IMG/VR virus record: IMGVR_UViG_3300014039_000016
Location: 136,829-150,460 of that record
Reading direction: 5' to 3' (one strand)
Length of the DNA stretch: 13,632 nt
Source: a virus
The position numbers and the translations under genes are program-made. The notes under the pieces were generated by a model. That model had not been told where the DNA came from. It searched no databases and was given only the letters and a program-made list of their open reading frames with translations. Shown here one piece after another: positions 12,593-13,632 of this stretch (its first letter is position 1; every line of letters begins with the position of its first letter).

Positions 12593-13375
12593 ATGAATAT
12601 AAAAGAAGTAAGTGAAGCTTTAGGAATTGCGGAATCTACATTAAAAAATAATTATAGAAGAACTGCGGAAAGTTTATTAAAGAAAGGTATTATTTTAAAT
12701 AAAGAAGGAAGGGGCATTTCCGCAGAATATACAATAGAATATGATATGAGTTTTAAAGATAATAGAGCTTTAACTATATTTGATGAAAAGAAAGAAATAT
12801 ATTTACAAGATGATATGTTAAAGATGATAGATTGGAATCTCTTGATATTAGTAGGAGTTTGTTTAACGCCTTTGTTAACTTTTAGAGGAAGTTATAAAGA
12901 TTTTTTAAATTATGTTGGAGTATTACCATCTGCCGCGAATATTAATAAGTTAAAGGAAGTATTAGTTGAAATGGATGCTGATTATATTGGTTATTATCCT
13001 GATAAAACAGATGAACAATATTTTACCGCGTCTTTATATAGGAGTGTTGAGAAGAAATATAAGGTTTCAATTATTAAGTTGCGGAAATGTAAAGAAATTC
13101 AAGAAAAATATCATGGAAGAAGCTTCATTCCGCTATTGAAAACTTGGTTAGCTACTGAAGAAGCAGTAAAGAATCAACCTTATACTATTGATGATTTGAT
13201 TGAATTGACAGGATTATCTAAGAGTACTATTGTTAAAGCTAATAGGCAGTTAAGAGATGAAAATGTTTATAGGTCAGAGAAAGATTATATTCCGGAGATG
13301 AAAATATGCCGAGGGGTAAATACTGATATCAATGGATTTTTTGATGAAATCCCAACAGATTTACCTAGAAAATGA
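12593..13375 (+). CDS. 260-aa protein with N-terminal and C-terminal HTH-like segments. Putative regulator or replication initiator.
   Basis: An AAAGGAGAG ribosome-binding site lies 10 nt upstream. Its first 50 residues are paralogous to the 67-aa HTH protein, including the shared pattern LG..L....GII..K.GR..SAEY.I. The C-terminus carries LIELTGLSKSTIVKANRQL. It is flanked by palindromes upstream and iterons downstream. Confidence 0.65.
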   Translation: MNIKEVSEALGIAESTLKNNYRRTAESLLKKGIILNKEGRGISAEYTIEYDMSFKDNRALTIFDEKKEIYLQDDMLKMIDWNLLILVGVCLTPLLTFRGSYKDFLNYVGVLPSAANINKLKEVLVEMDADYIGYYPDKTDEQYFTASLYRSVEKKYKVSIIKLRKCKEIQEKYHGRSFIPLLKTWLATEEAVKNQPYTIDDLIELTGLSKSTIVKANRQLRDENVYRSEKDYIPEMKICRGVNTDINGFFDEIPTDLPRK

Positions 13376-13376
13376 A

Positions 13377-13422
13377 TTTTAACTTACCTATATATAAGTA
13401 TATATATATTGGTAAGTTAAAA
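13377..13422 (+). terminator. 12-bp AT-rich inverted repeat with a 22-nt alternating AT loop. Weak terminator or cruciform.
   Basis: TTTTAACTTACC, then TATATATAAGTATATATATATT, then GGTAAGTTAAAA. No clear U-tract follows. Confidence 0.3.
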
Positions 13423-13457
13423 TATAAAAAATGAATGAATCTGTTGGGATTTTAGAT

Positions 13458-13570
13458 AAATGTATTAAAATAGAGACTGTGTATTATTTTAATTAAATTG
13501 TATTAAAAAGGGGCTGTGATGTTTGTTTTAATAAAAATGTATTAAAATGCAATAAAATAGGGGTTGTGTA
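13458..13570 (+). repeat. Three direct repeats (iteron-like), consensus TGTATTAAAA, 2-14 nt, GRGRYTGTG, spaced 37-50 bp apart
   Basis: TGTATTAAAA occurs at 13461, 13499 and 13538. Each is followed by GAGACTGTG, GGGGCTGTG or GGGGTTGTG respectively. Confidence 0.5.
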
Positions 13571-13586
13571 GTTTAATTACTTATTT

Positions 13587-13613
13587 ATATATATATATAT
13601 ATATATATATTAT
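13587..13613. repeat. (AT)13 dinucleotide tract. Candidate DNA-unwinding element.
   Basis: 27 nt of uninterrupted alternating AT lie next to the iteron-like repeats at the window edge. Confidence 0.6.
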
Positions 13614-13632
13614 TTTTATTAAAATATGACAA

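Noticed and set aside
1-13632. Integrase, transposase, reverse transcriptase, DGR or retron components
   Set aside because: No ORF shows the relevant catalytic motifs: the tyrosine recombinase R..H..R..Y box, a DDE triad, or the YxDD motif. The long hairpins are not adjacent to any polymerase-like gene.

Overview
The window is an AT-rich (about 30% GC) phage- or plasmid-like early/accessory region. Translation signals are of the low-GC Gram-positive type: strong AAGGAGG-like ribosome-binding sites, and extended -10 promoters of the form TGnTATAAT with an exact 17-nt spacer. From about position 790 to 11373 roughly 20 genes run leftward on the minus strand. Most are small and of unknown function. 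They sit in short operons, each fired by its own copy of a near-identical promoter. There are eleven minus-strand copies and one plus-strand copy, and several are fused to an upstream intrinsic terminator. Three of the leftward promoters drive GC-rich structured RNAs rather than proteins: a tRNA with anticodon CAT, a tRNA-Asn with anticodon GTT, and one element I could not assign. Notable leftward content: a cluster of three very acidic small proteins that are candidate DNA mimics or anti-restriction proteins; a 663-aa protein rich in CxxC motifs; a clan-MH (M20/M28/M42-like) zinc-peptidase-like protein with a C-terminal zinc ribbon; three small membrane proteins; and a pair of tandem paralogues. 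From about 11590 a divergent rightward module begins. It carries a strong promoter overlapped by an inverted-repeat operator, a 57-aa Cys-rich ORF that is missing from the supplied ORF track, and two small HTH proteins, which together resemble an anti-defence gene plus Aca-type regulator operon. Downstream are an unusually structured 300-bp intergenic region with a roughly 93-nt near-perfect hairpin and a 19-bp inverted repeat, then a 260-aa two-HTH protein, then three direct repeats and an (AT)13 tract that look like an iteron-type replication origin. No CRISPR array, integrase, reverse transcriptase or transposase is visible. Every functional call rests on motifs I read by eye and needs a homology search to confirm.
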